Origin: a bacterium
Lineage (GTDB): Bacteria; RBG-13-61-14; DATKZS01
DNA: 64,000 nucleotides
Direction: 5' to 3'
Assembly: GCA_963674965.2 (NCBI GenBank)
Contig: CAXXFL010000002.1
Location: 96,001-160,000 of the forward strand
The notes under the pieces are model-generated. The model ran no database searches. It had not been told where the DNA came from and was given only the letters and a program-made list of their open reading frames with translations. Both the position numbers and the translations under genes were made by a program. Below are positions 1-9,305 of the stretch, piece by piece. Numbering within the stretch: the first letter of the stretch is position 1; each line of letters opens with the position of its first letter.

Positions 1-1
1 G

Positions 2-229
2 ATAGCTGAATTATTTGAGAAAAATGGGTATGAAGTCGAAAAAGAGGTGACGAAAAAAACCCCATTTGGTAATCGTCGATTAGACATGGAGGTGAAAAAA
101 GACGGTAAGGTACTTGGTGGAATTGAAACAAAAACGGGAGATTCACCTTATAAGCCTTCACAAAGAGCAAAAGATAAATGGCTTCAGATATTTGAAAGAT
201 ATTTTGTTGATCTTGTACGTGATAATTAG
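2..229 (+). CDS. C-terminal toxin tip of polymorphic (Rhs-type) toxin, PD-(D/E)xK restriction-endonuclease-like; 5'-partial
   Basis: Frame is open from the window start; motif RRLDMEV...GGIETKTG; AT-rich; heads an array of toxin/immunity cassettes. Confidence 0.65.
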   Translation: MAELFEKNGYEVEKEVTKKTPFGNRRLDMEVKKDGKVLGGIETKTGDSPYKPSQRAKDKWLQIFERYFVDLVRDN

Positions 230-425
230 ATTGAATTATCGAAGTGTCACAAGTAGTGTGCCTTGAGGTAAGGATTAACTGACTTGTAAACGGTAACCCG
301 ATTGACATTGCAAAGCTTTCGATATGAAAGCAACAATATTTTATAATCAATTTTATGTTGTGGTATATATAGAAAGTAAGGGGCGTTAAGATCGTGTGTA
401 TAAGACATTAAGGAGATTTGGCAAA

Positions 426-1040
426 ATGGAAGCTTTGTCTTTATTTAACAGATTAGTTAGGGAACATATCAGGCCTTTATTGTCATTACACGGATATAAA
501 CGTTATGGCAATACTTACCTGCTTTATAAAGATGAAATATGGAGGCTTATAAACTTTCAGAAAAGCACAAAAAGTACTAGACATGAAGTACTTTTTACCA
601 TTAATTTGGGAATATCCTCACAGTTACTTTATAATTTTTATAATGAAACAATTAAGCGTCCGAAGATTGAAGACTGTCACTTTCGTGAACGCATTGGATT
701 TTTATTGCCTCAGCATAAGGATAAATGGTGGACAATCAATGCCAATTCAAACCTTGTCGATCTCAATGAAGAAATATTTTCGAGCACTGAGCATTATATC
801 GTACCGGAGTTAGAAAAATATTCTAGTAACAGCAATTTGAGAGATCTCTGGATTTCGGGCAGATCACCAGGGTTAACTGATTTTAAAAGGCTAATGAATT
901 TAATGATCTTATTAAAGGAAATTGGTCCGACCGAAATGCTCGAACAGGTTATTGAAGAATTACGATTGGACGCACAAGGCACGCCAGCTGGTATAACCGC
1001 TGAAATATATATTGATAAAATATTAAAAAGTAATAGGTAA
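426..1040 (+). CDS. DUF4304-like protein, probable immunity protein
   Basis: AGGAG RBS at 411-415 before ATG 426; GYKRYGNTY..INFQKS..FTINLGI pattern; AT-rich; follows the toxin tip. Confidence 0.65.
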   Translation: MEALSLFNRLVREHIRPLLSLHGYKRYGNTYLLYKDEIWRLINFQKSTKSTRHEVLFTINLGISSQLLYNFYNETIKRPKIEDCHFRERIGFLLPQHKDKWWTINANSNLVDLNEEIFSSTEHYIVPELEKYSSNSNLRDLWISGRSPGLTDFKRLMNLMILLKEIGPTEMLEQVIEELRLDAQGTPAGITAEIYIDKILKSNR

Positions 1041-1055
1041 CCAACAAAAGGGTCT
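1035..1055 (+). repeat. AGGTAAC-N-AAGGGTC junction motif, copy 1 (also at 2990-3062)
   Basis: aggtaaccaacaaaagggtct overlapping the immunity stop codon resembles aggtaacacacaaaagggtct at 3030. Confidence 0.6.
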
Positions 1056-1144
1056 ACATTTTATCACTCTTGTCCAAAATAGGTTATTGTTTTGGACAGG
1101 GTTTCACATCCAGAGGCGTCAATTGATTCGATCTGCCGCCTTGG

Positions 1145-1287
1145 GCGTGTGGCTCTCGCAACGCGAGACAGGTATACCGGTATAAGCTTCTCACGGTTCT
1201 TTGAAAAAACAATTTGAGCTTTTTACTGCATGTAGTTGGAGTCGTAAGCTTCGACATGCCTCGAGGCGCTAAGCCTGTTCGCTCCGC
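1145..1287. repeat. ~140-bp structured non-coding repeat, copy 1
   Basis: Aligns end to end with 5641-5780; TCTCGC-nnn-GCGAGA hairpin and TATACCGGTATA palindrome. Confidence 0.9.
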
Positions 1288-1325
1288 TCACCCACTCATT
1301 CGTTCCGAAAGAGTGGGCCACCCAA

Positions 1326-2597
1326 GATGATGAGCTTGAGGAGGGAGACACGGTGCTCCGGCTGGCCGTGACCTCAAGCTTGGACGCGGGCACTTATACG
1401 GTACGGTTCGATAACGGTTCGGGATCGGTTCACGAGATCGAAGTAGCCGTGTCCGAGGGCGCGACCTATGTTATCGTGGACATAAGCGACCTTTGGGACG
1501 ATGAAGCAAGAAGCTTTTGGGTGGACATTGCCGACGACTCGGGCGCGAGCCTCCTCGACTCGGGCACGACCACCGTCAACCTCACCCACCGCCTCTACCT
1601 CCATTACGGTCTCCACTCCCCGGTGGTCGCCACCAACCAGGACGGCGAGACCGTCTGGCGCCGCGCCTACCTCCCCTTCGGCGCCGACTTCGCCGGCTCG
1701 CCCTCCCACCCCCTCACCATCGCCAACTCCTCCATCACCCACGGCTTCGTCGGCCGCCGACAAGATAATGACGTCGGCCTTTATAAGCTGGGCGCTCGCT
1801 GGTATGACCCGGATTTAGGAAGGTTCGTTAGTACGGACCCGATACCAGGACTTATTAATCAATACGAGTACGCTCATAATAATCCAATAACCTTTCAGGA
1901 CTCGAATGGGATGCAATATGGCGGCCCTGGATATACTCAGTGGGCTGAGAATAGCAGTCTATCTGGCGGGACCGTTTCCGTCAAGGAAGTTGTAAAAGAA
2001 TTAAAGACGTTTGCAGACTTGTCAACGGCGTTTGTCCCGGGTGTCAACGATGTGCGCGATGTATTCGAATGCACCAGCGGCTACGATGCAATAAATGTTA
2101 CGGAACTTCAATGGTACTGGCGGGCGACGAGTTGCGTTGGAATAGCTGCCGCGTCAGGCGCGGGTGTAAGAAAAGCTGGACTGTTAATTTCCGGTGTCAC
2201 ACGGTATGGTGACGACGTTGCAAGTCATGCTGATGAAGTTGCGGGGATAGGCAAATATTGGAAGAATAAGGGTCACCATATCCATGCGGCAGCGGGCTTT
2301 ACGGATCACGTTAAATATAGTAAAAGTAAAGGATTCTCCATAAGCAAAGAGTTTATGGAAGAAAATGGCTTGTCGCATTTAGACATGACAAATGAACAAC
2401 GTAGGCAATTCAGGGAACTAGCTGAAAGTGGGCGTCCCAATACATTGGAAGAACATTCACGTATTGCATACGAATCCTTAATCGCGGGAGGAGCCACACC
2501 AGAAATGGCTGAAGAATTAGTTGGACAATCTCTTCGAAATCTGGCCGAACAAGGCGTTGAAGTACCGACAAATATACCTTGGTATAACAATAAGTAA
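1326..2597 (+). CDS. Orphan Rhs-core toxin cassette: partial Ig-like region + RHS-associated core + pre-toxin TG-like linker + uncharacterised His-rich toxin tip
   Basis: [52 protein letters not shown] core; FVPGVNDVRDVFECTSGYD linker; GHHIH motif; GC drops after the core; no convincing start codon. Confidence 0.85.
   Translation, partial: DDELEEGDTVLRLAVTSSLDAGTYTVRFDNGSGSVHEIEVAVSEGATYVIVDISDLWDDEARSFWVDIADDSGASLLDSGTTTVNLTHRLYLHYGLHSPVVATNQDGETVWRRAYLPFGADFAGSPSHPLTIANSSITHGFVGRRQDNDVGLYKLGARWYDPDLGRFVSTDPIPGLINQYEYAHNNPITFQDSNGMQYGGPGYTQWAENSSLSGGTVSVKEVVKELKTFADLSTAFVPGVNDVRDVFECTSGYDAINVTELQWYWRATSCVGIAAASGAGVRKAGLLISGVTRYGDDVASHADEVAGIGKYWKNKGHHIHAAAGFTDHVKYSKSKGFSISKEFMEENGLSHLDMTNEQRRQFRELAESGRPNTLEEHSRIAYESLIAGGATPEMAEELVGQSLRNLAEQGVEVPTNIPWYNNK
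1593..1830 (+). repeat. Rhs core homology block, near-identical to ~3960-4197
   Basis: ctctacctcca(t/c)tacggtctccactccccggtggtcgccaccaac... shared almost base for base. Confidence 0.9.
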
Positions 2598-2618
2598 ATA
2601 TCACGAGGTAGTGTAATT

Positions 2619-2987
2619 ATGAGTAATCATGTACTCGATCGGTTTGGACAATTTCTAATGGAGAACGTTAGGGATCGACAAATATCAATTTGCACACGAC
2701 TAATTGAAGGAACTATGAAAGGCGTAACTCAAGAAAAGATAAAGCCGATTCTTTCCGACTTGACTGAAAAAGAACTTTCTGTATTTATAAAATTACTGCC
2801 AATAATAGTGGACATAGGATTGCACGAATTTCTTTTTGCATTAACTGAGCAGGATGATATCTCTATATTAGTCGAAACAAACGATGGAGGCAAGGTTGAT
2901 ATAAACGAAGAAAGTGACGGTCTTCATGGAGAACTATTTACTACAGATGGATGGATATATCGCTTCAGTAAATATCCTGAATTCTAA
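2619..2987 (+). CDS. Putative cognate immunity protein (122 aa, acidic)
   Basis: GAGG RBS; 21 nt downstream of the toxin stop; AT-rich; small. Confidence 0.75.
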   Translation: MSNHVLDRFGQFLMENVRDRQISICTRLIEGTMKGVTQEKIKPILSDLTEKELSVFIKLLPIIVDIGLHEFLFALTEQDDISILVETNDGGKVDINEESDGLHGELFTTDGWIYRFSKYPEF

Positions 2988-2989
2988 AT

Positions 2990-3062
2990 AACAGGTAACA
3001 CATAGAAGGGTCCTGAAATATAAGTAAACAGGTAACACACAAAAGGGTCTTAAATATAAGTA
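2990..3062 (+). repeat. Two tandem 36-37-bp direct repeats containing the AGGTAAC..AAGGGTC motif
   Basis: aacaggtaacacatagaagggtcctgaaatataagta followed by aacaggtaacacacaaaagggtcttaaatataagta. Confidence 0.85.
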
Positions 3063-3233
3063 ACCCATATAACTCCGCTATATGGTCGAGAATAGCGAGC
3101 AGGTCATAGAGAATCGTTTCCCGGGGATGACCTATGCTTTGGTTGTCGATATAGATTTAACTCCGCTCTTTGAAAACTTGCCTCTGTTCTTTCCGCCGAT
3201 TCTGACTTTGACGGCTTCACGGACGGGTGGGAG

Positions 3234-4982
3234 GTGGAGTACGCGGATAGCCTTGGGTTCGATCCGGTGGTGGTGGAGTGCGATACGGCGGTGGCGGATT
3301 ATGACGGGGACGGGATGGCGGCCATTATCGAGGCGAGGCTGGGGACCAACCCGCTGTTGGCCGACTCGGATGGGGACGGGATCGACGATTATTGGGAGGT
3401 CATCGCCGGGCTGGACCCGCTGGTGGACGACGCGGCCGATGACCCCGACGGGGACGGGAGGACCAACCTCGAGGAGTACCAAAACTCGGGCTACTTCTAC
3501 ACCAATCCCCTGAGTCCCGATACCGACGGCGACGGGCTGTGCGACGGCGTGACCTCGGTCATGGACGGAGCGACCCAGCTCTGCGGGCCTGGGGAGGGAG
3601 ACTCGGCGACGCCCGAGCTGGACGCGGCGCGGCTACGGCTCCTGGCCGAGAGCGCCATCGGCGAGCTGACCCTCGGCGACGGCGACACCTGGTCCGACGA
3701 GCTCGAGGAGGGCGACACTCTCAAGCTGGCCGTGGCGGGGGCGCTGGACGCGGGGACGTACACGGTGCGGTTCGATAATGGGTCGGGCTCGGTCTTCACC
3801 ATCGAGGCGTACGTGTCCGAGGGCGCGACTTATATCCTGGTGGACGCGGGCGACCTCGGGGACGACGCCGGCTCCGGCTCTTACGACATTGACGTGGTGG
3901 ACGACTCGGGCTCGAGCCTCCTCGACTCGGGCGCCGCCTCGGTCAATATCTCCCAGCGGCTCTACCTCCACTACGGTCTCCACTCCCCGGTGGTCGCCAC
4001 CAACTCCGACGGCGAGACCGTCTGGCGCCGCGCCTACCTCCCCTTCGGAGGCGACTTCGCCGGCTCGCCCTCCCACCCCCTCACCATCGCCAACTCCTCC
4101 ATCACCCACGGCTTCGTCGGTCGCCGCTCCGACAATGACGTCGGCCTCTATCAACTCGGCGCCCGCTGGTACGACCCGGACCTGGGGCGGTTCGTGAGCG
4201 TCGATCCGGTTTTCCAGGATCTCAATCAATACGCATACGCGAATAATAATCCATTCGTCTATCAGGACGGCGATGGTCGCGATCCTATGGCAATGGCGGC
4301 TTTGATAATTTACGCCGCCGGCGGTATTGGAGTTGGAGTTCCTCTCGCTATAGTAGGAGGTCTGGATGGAGTTGGAGCGATTCCTTCTGAAGCAGCGGCT
4401 GATGACGCTTACAATGGAATACGAGATGCTTGGGACGTCGTCAATATCCCAGGGGACGTTTGCGCCGGCTTAAGTTTTACCGCCACCGGCTATAAGATCG
4501 CAAAAAACCCTCGAGGGTTTTATAATGGAGTCAAGGGATCAATAAACGGAGTAAAAGGATTATTAAAAGGGTCGGCCGACGACGCGGCCGAGGGCGCGGG
4601 CAAGGCCGTATTGGAGGCCGCGGAGGAAGTTGGCGATGACGCGGTAGATATAAACTTAAAATATAAACACGGTTGGAGTAATTCGCAACGTGCTGCCGCT
4701 GATGGTAAAGTGAAAGCTCTAACAGAAGCGGAAACAAAAGTAGTGAAAAACCCTAGTCGTAGCGGTACTGCGCAAGCAAAGTATCGCAAGGATTCAGGAC
4801 TAGATGCATCAATGGATGCTGATCATACTATTGATCTCCAATTGAATGGAGTCGATGATATGTCAAATATATCTGGACTCGATAGAAGCGTTAATAGAAG
4901 CTTGGGGGCTCAAATTCAACAGAATATTAAGCAATATCCAGAAGGCACAAGAGTGAATAAAGTCATAATAAAGGATGAATAA
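3234..4982 (+). CDS. Orphan Rhs-core toxin cassette: DxDxDG (thrombospondin type-3-like) repeats + Ig-like region + RHS core + HxxD nuclease tip (HNH/Tde-like)
   Basis: DYDGDG, DSDGDG, DPDGDG, DTDGDG repeats (another, DSDFDG, in frame at ~3198); [31 protein letters not shown]; tip [24 protein letters not shown]. Confidence 0.85.
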   Translation: MEYADSLGFDPVVVECDTAVADYDGDGMAAIIEARLGTNPLLADSDGDGIDDYWEVIAGLDPLVDDAADDPDGDGRTNLEEYQNSGYFYTNPLSPDTDGDGLCDGVTSVMDGATQLCGPGEGDSATPELDAARLRLLAESAIGELTLGDGDTWSDELEEGDTLKLAVAGALDAGTYTVRFDNGSGSVFTIEAYVSEGATYILVDAGDLGDDAGSGSYDIDVVDDSGSSLLDSGAASVNISQRLYLHYGLHSPVVATNSDGETVWRRAYLPFGGDFAGSPSHPLTIANSSITHGFVGRRSDNDVGLYQLGARWYDPDLGRFVSVDPVFQDLNQYAYANNNPFVYQDGDGRDPMAMAALIIYAAGGIGVGVPLAIVGGLDGVGAIPSEAAADDAYNGIRDAWDVVNIPGDVCAGLSFTATGYKIAKNPRGFYNGVKGSINGVKGLLKGSADDAAEGAGKAVLEAAEEVGDDAVDINLKYKHGWSNSQRAAADGKVKALTEAETKVVKNPSRSGTAQAKYRKDSGLDASMDADHTIDLQLNGVDDMSNISGLDRSVNRSLGAQIQQNIKQYPEGTRVNKVIIKDE

Positions 4983-5606
4983 ATGTTATATAACTTTATT
5001 AACACATTCAAAGCCACAGGAGATGTTGGCAATGTGAAAGCTAGCATCTGCTTTGAAAAAGAACATGGATTGTTCTTTACGACTTGTATTAATGAATTAG
5101 GAGGAAAGTCTTTCAATCACGGCCTTTATCGCGTTTACAGAAGTGATCAAATAAATACTGCAACTTATTTAGTTGAGGAAGCTTTTCCTGAATTGAAGAA
5201 TCGTATTGTTTGTTTTGCTTTTGATTGGCTTGGCCGACATTTTGCGGTTGACTCATCACGGCAAAAAAATGGCCAGCATCTTATTCTATTTATTGAACCG
5301 GGCACGGGAGAGGTGTTGCAGATACCATCAAATATTATAGATTTTCATAATATTGAATTGGTTAATTATACAAATGATGCTCTTGCACTTTCATTTTATA
5401 ACGAATGGAAACGTAGGAATAATGAAGTATTACAGCATGACCAATGCGTTGGTTATAAAGTGCCTCTTTTCCTTGGTGGGGATGATACGATTGATAATCT
5501 TGAAGTGATTGACCTTGAAGTCTATATAGAGATATGTGGAAAGATTCGTAATAAAATTATTAGTTTACCTGATGGCACGCCTATACGTAAGATTACCATT
5601 AGCTGA
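4983..5606 (+). CDS. GAD-like/DUF1851 (Tdi1-type) immunity protein
   Basis: Starts immediately after the toxin stop; GLYRV, FAFDWLGRHF and CVGYKVPLFLGGDDTIDNLE motifs. Confidence 0.8.
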   Translation: MLYNFINTFKATGDVGNVKASICFEKEHGLFFTTCINELGGKSFNHGLYRVYRSDQINTATYLVEEAFPELKNRIVCFAFDWLGRHFAVDSSRQKNGQHLILFIEPGTGEVLQIPSNIIDFHNIELVNYTNDALALSFYNEWKRRNNEVLQHDQCVGYKVPLFLGGDDTIDNLEVIDLEVYIEICGKIRNKIISLPDGTPIRKITIS

Positions 5607-5640
5607 AAGTGGCGGGATGGCCATAAGGTTTTGCAAGAAA

Positions 5641-5780
5641 GCGTGTGGCTCTCGCGGAGCGAGACAGGTATACCGGTATAAGATGCTCACGGTTCTTTGA
5701 AAAAATAATTTGAGCTTTTCACATAAAGGTTAAGCCAAAAACTTCGACATGACTTGAGGCGCTAAGCCTGTTCGCTCCGC
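5641..5780. repeat. ~140-bp structured non-coding repeat, copy 2
   Basis: Homologous to 1145-1287; directly abuts the next Rhs scaffold relic. Confidence 0.9.
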
Positions 5781-5882
5781 GACACCTGGTAAGACGTGCT
5801 CGAGGAGGGCGACACTCTCAAGCTGTCCGTGGCGGGGGCGCTGGACGCGGGGACTTACACGGTGCGCTTCGATAATGGGTCG
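5781..5882 (+). pseudogene. Truncated fourth Rhs scaffold relic
   Basis: 102 nt closely matching 3684-3785 ([33 protein letters not shown]) with an in-frame TAA; homology stops abruptly at 5882. Confidence 0.85.
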
Positions 5883-6110
5883 CGGCCACGAGTTACGAAG
5901 GAGTCGCCGAAATCTTTCCTGGAGAAATGGACCTCCGGCATTTCCTTTACCCCTTCAATTAGTCTTTTAGTTGGGAAACCTTCGTTAAATTATTTCTCAC
6001 CGGCTTTCTTTCCCCACTCGCGTGTAACTCCCATCGGCGCCTACATTTTTTGATATTTTCTCCAAAATAGAACGTTATGAAGAGAGTTGCTTCCGGGGAG
6101 CCAGATATCC

Positions 6111-6184
6111 AGCCGCGAACTAAAGCGGCTTTATTATTTTACGGAGAGCCTCCGGACACCGGGTCCTGGGGCTCTCGGTTTTTT
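6111..6184 (+). terminator. Two tandem intrinsic-terminator-like hairpins
   Basis: AGCCGC/GCGGCT followed by T-rich tract; GAGAGCC/GGCTCTC followed by GGTTTTTT. Confidence 0.5.
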
Positions 6185-6517
6185 CAATCAATTCCGCCAG
6201 GTTGCGGACCTCTCACACATCTCGCGATTCTCCATTTGCGACTCACATTTTTGGGGTACGTTTGCAACCTTGAGGTTTCGCCCCGCGACCGGAATTTTCT
6301 CCGGCGGAATCTCCCATTCTCCGTTTAACATGCCGAGTTTGTTAACAGTTCCGTGCAGACGCAAAACCAGATTCTCTCTCGCACAATCTCCATACAAGTT
6401 GAATAAATCCATTCGCTTCTACTCGCCCCTTGTGTATTGGCGGTTGTGTTCGGGCGGCCGGGACGGATTTTCTCCGACAGATAATCCCCTCGTCCGGTAT
6501 ATAACCACCAGGGCCGG

Positions 6518-6757
6518 ATGATCGTAGCCGGGTCGCGAGAGGAGGAAGAGTTGGAGAGGAATTCAGGAGATCAAAAAAGGAGTGACGAGGCGATTGGCGA
6601 GATCGCTTCGATTCTGGCGCGAGGATATCTGAGGCTGATGAAATCGAGGCGCGGGGATTCGGATGTCGATGTGGAGGTCGCCTCCGACAATGCGGCGTTA
6701 ACAGAGAATCGCCTTGACTGTTCGAGCGACCGAAGCAATCATTCCGAACCGGTTTAA
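6518..6757 (+). CDS. Small hypothetical protein heading the recombinase module
   Basis: EIASILARGYLRL pattern resembles small ORFs that precede DUF2924-recombinase operons; probable start TTG 6551 after GAGGAGG. Confidence 0.5.
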   Translation: MIVAGSREEEELERNSGDQKRSDEAIGEIASILARGYLRLMKSRRGDSDVDVEVASDNAALTENRLDCSSDRSNHSEPV

Positions 6758-6790
6758 CACAACCGGAGAAAATTCAAGAGGAGGTTTGGA

Positions 6791-8104
6791 ATGGAGACAT
6801 CGGTTTACAGGGAGATCAAGGACCGACTCTCCCGTTCGCTCCTCGATTTCAGCCGCCTCGTGGAAAAGTTCGAGCGTCATGGTGTGAGCTTCGTCTCGGT
6901 CACCCAGCGGTTCTCGACCACTGACTCAATGGGCCGCCTCACCCTCAATATGCTCCTCTCCTTCGCCCAGTTCGAACGCGAGATAATTGCCGAACGAACA
7001 AGAGATAAGATGTCCGCCGCTCGTCAGAAGGGAAAGTGGACCGGCGGCATGCCCGTGCTGGGCTATGACATTGATCCGCGCGGAGGCCGCATCCATGTCA
7101 ATAAAAAGGAGGCGGAACGGGTTCGCGCCATCTACGAACTGTACTTGGAGCACACCACCATGATGCCGGTAGTAAAGGAGTTGAACCGCCTGGGCTGGAG
7201 AACCAAGGAATGGACGACCAAGAAGGGGCACAAACGAGGCGGCAAGCATTTCAACAAAACCAACCTGCACCGGCTCTTGACCAACATCATTTACACCGGC
7301 AAGATCAAGTACAAGGACACGGTCTACGAAGGGGAGCATAAGGCCATAGTCGAACTCGAGACCTGGCAAAAGGTCCAGGACATCATGCGCGGCAACTGCC
7401 ACGGCAACTCCTACGCGGTCCGCAACAAGTACGGCGCTCTGCTGAAAGGCCTGCTCTATTGCGTTCCCTGCGGAACCGCCATGTCCCCTTCCTACGTCAT
7501 CAAGAAGGAAAAGCGCTACCGATATTACGTCTGCATGAACGCCCAGAAGAACGGCTATGATTCCTGCCCCTCCAAATCCCTCAACGGTCACGACATCGAA
7601 CAGGAAGTGGTCAGACACATTCGAGGGATCGGCATGAACGAAGAACTGATCGCCGCGACAATCGGCCACGCCAGGCACCGCGTCGAAAGCAAGCTGAAGG
7701 TGCTCGATACCGAGCGCGACGAGTTGACCAGCGAGCTCAGGCGCTTGAACCTGAAGTTGCGAAAGGTGGTCAAGGAGCCAATCGCCAGGAAGGACGACGG
7801 GACCCTGGAGACAGATTACCTCGCGGACCTCCAGGACCAGATCAGGACAGCCGAACGCAGAATGACCCAAATCAAGGAGGAGATCATCCAACTGCGGCGT
7901 GGGGCCGTGAACGAAAAAGAAGTCGTCGATGAACTGGCGACCTTCGACAACATCTGGGACTCGCTCAACTCCCGCGAGCAGGCCCGGCTCCTTAACGTGC
8001 TTATAGAAAGGATCGGCTACGACGGCTCGACCGGAAAGGTCTCGATCACTTTCAAGTCGCTGGAGATCAAGGAAATGGTACATGGAGGCAAGGAACAGGC
8101 ATGA
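6791..8104 (+). pseudogene. Large serine recombinase lacking the N-terminal catalytic-serine segment
   Basis: Begins at DRLSRS after ~10 unrelated residues; no YxRxS motif (compare copy 2, CAVYTRKS); recombinase domain, CxxC zinc ribbon and coiled coil present. Confidence 0.85.
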
Positions 8105-8535
8105 AACAGCAGGAAGTGAAAAAGCGTATCAGCGAATCAGGCGGCCTCGAGGTGGAGTTCACCCTCTCGCCAAGCCAACGTCATCAAGGCAAGAAGAAGA
8201 CATCAAAACCGGAAGTAGAACCGGGCAGCATCCCCCGCGTCACTCGCCTCATGGCCCTCGCCATCAAGTTCGACGGCATGCTCGCTCGCGACGAGGTCCG
8301 CGACTACGCCGACATCGCCCGCCTCGGCTACGTCTCCCGCGCCCGCGTCACCCAGATCATGAACCTCACCAACCTCGCCCCCGACATCCAGGAGGAAATC
8401 CTTTTCCTCCCCCGCACGGTCAAAGGCCATGATCCGATCCGTGAGCAGAAACTACGGCCTATAGCAATGGAGCCGGATTGGGGGGAGCAGAAGAAACTAT
8501 GGAAACAGCTTCTTCATCAAAGACGTAGGTCATAA
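8101..8535 (+). CDS. Recombinase-associated hypothetical HTH-like protein
   Basis: 4-nt overlap with the recombinase; ADIARLGYVSRARVTQIMNL..LAPDIQEEIL; paralogous C-terminus at ~22290-22514. Confidence 0.75.
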   Translation: MKQQEVKKRISESGGLEVEFTLSPSQRHQGKKKTSKPEVEPGSIPRVTRLMALAIKFDGMLARDEVRDYADIARLGYVSRARVTQIMNLTNLAPDIQEEILFLPRTVKGHDPIREQKLRPIAMEPDWGEQKKLWKQLLHQRRRS

Positions 8536-8844
8536 GGATAGAATCCTCGCTTTTTCTTTCTCCCACTCTTCCTCTGTCCCCAGGAATTCCAGGAAATGTT
8601 CCTTTGCGGAATCCGGATCGTCCTTTACCCACTGATTCCACATTTCTTCACCCATCTTGTCGCACTCTTCGCAATTTTGGTTTACGAAATTTTCTATCTG
8701 CTTCTTGCTGGGCCGTCTACGATAAATCTTTTCTTTTGGCCTGTTACAAAGCCAACATGCACAGCGTAAAATCCAGGTCTTCTCGGACTCGGACTTTGAG
8801 TCTCTCTGAGTCAAAGTATGCTTTACAGGTCCGTCGAAAAACAT
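8530..8844 (-). CDS. Small hypothetical Cys-containing protein
   Basis: CACWLC and CEEC motifs, protein-like composition; start uncertain. Confidence 0.45.
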   Translation of the reverse strand: MFFDGPVKHTLTQRDSKSESEKTWILRCACWLCNRPKEKIYRRRPSKKQIENFVNQNCEECDKMGEEMWNQWVKDDPDSAKEHFLEFLGTEEEWEKEKARILSL

Positions 8845-9059
8845 TATTGCACCCCCTTACCGGTTCTTGTCGCTGAACTCATCAATTTCTTTCAGGCTTA
8901 TTTCTCCCAAGAATTCGCCTTGCCCGAAAACGACCTTTTTCTTACTGCCTCCAATCGATATGTAGGGAACATTGGCCGTTTGTCTGGTAGCTTCTGTCTT
9001 GTTGGTCACTTCTCCCTGCTTGTTTATCCAAACCGACCAGCGGCGATTAAGTGACAAGC

Positions 9060-9305
9060 AACCCGGCAATGCAGAACAAATGGCTGGAGGTCATACGATC
9101 TCGCAGAATCATGGGAAAAAATCTGGACGGTTTGAAATACATAATCGCGGCCATGAACCCGCCCAGTTATATCGGAGCGCACCCCTTGGACGCGGCTTTG
9201 GCAGGGCGGTTCGCCTTCGTCATCCACGTGCCCGAGGTTTCGGACATGTCCAATCAGGCCGTGTCCAATATAGTACGGCAAGTCTCGGAGGACGACGCCC
9301 CCAAC
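9060..9305 (+). pseudogene. Internal fragment of a MoxR-like AAA+ ATPase
   Basis: NPAMQNKWLE..IIAAMNP..PLDAALAGRF (sensor I and Arg-finger region); Walker A/B absent. Confidence 0.7.

Noticed and set aside
1145-1320. Canonical integron attC site
   Set aside because: No clear RYYYAAC...GTTRRRY boxes and no integron integrase in the window
2990-3062. Possible mini-CRISPR array (36-37-bp repeats)
   Set aside because: Repeats are directly adjacent with no spacer; no cas genes in the window
3082-3513. 143-aa ORF overlapping the Rhs cassette
   Set aside because: Mostly an alternative frame; at most its first ~37 codons could be a frameshifted part of the scaffold relic
6340-6400. c-di-GMP-I riboswitch-like GACGCAAAACC
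   Set aside because: Lacks the upstream GGCAAA/GAAA-tetraloop stem; match too short
6926-8083. 385-aa minus-strand ORF
   Set aside because: Antisense shadow of the GC-rich recombinase gene; no motifs
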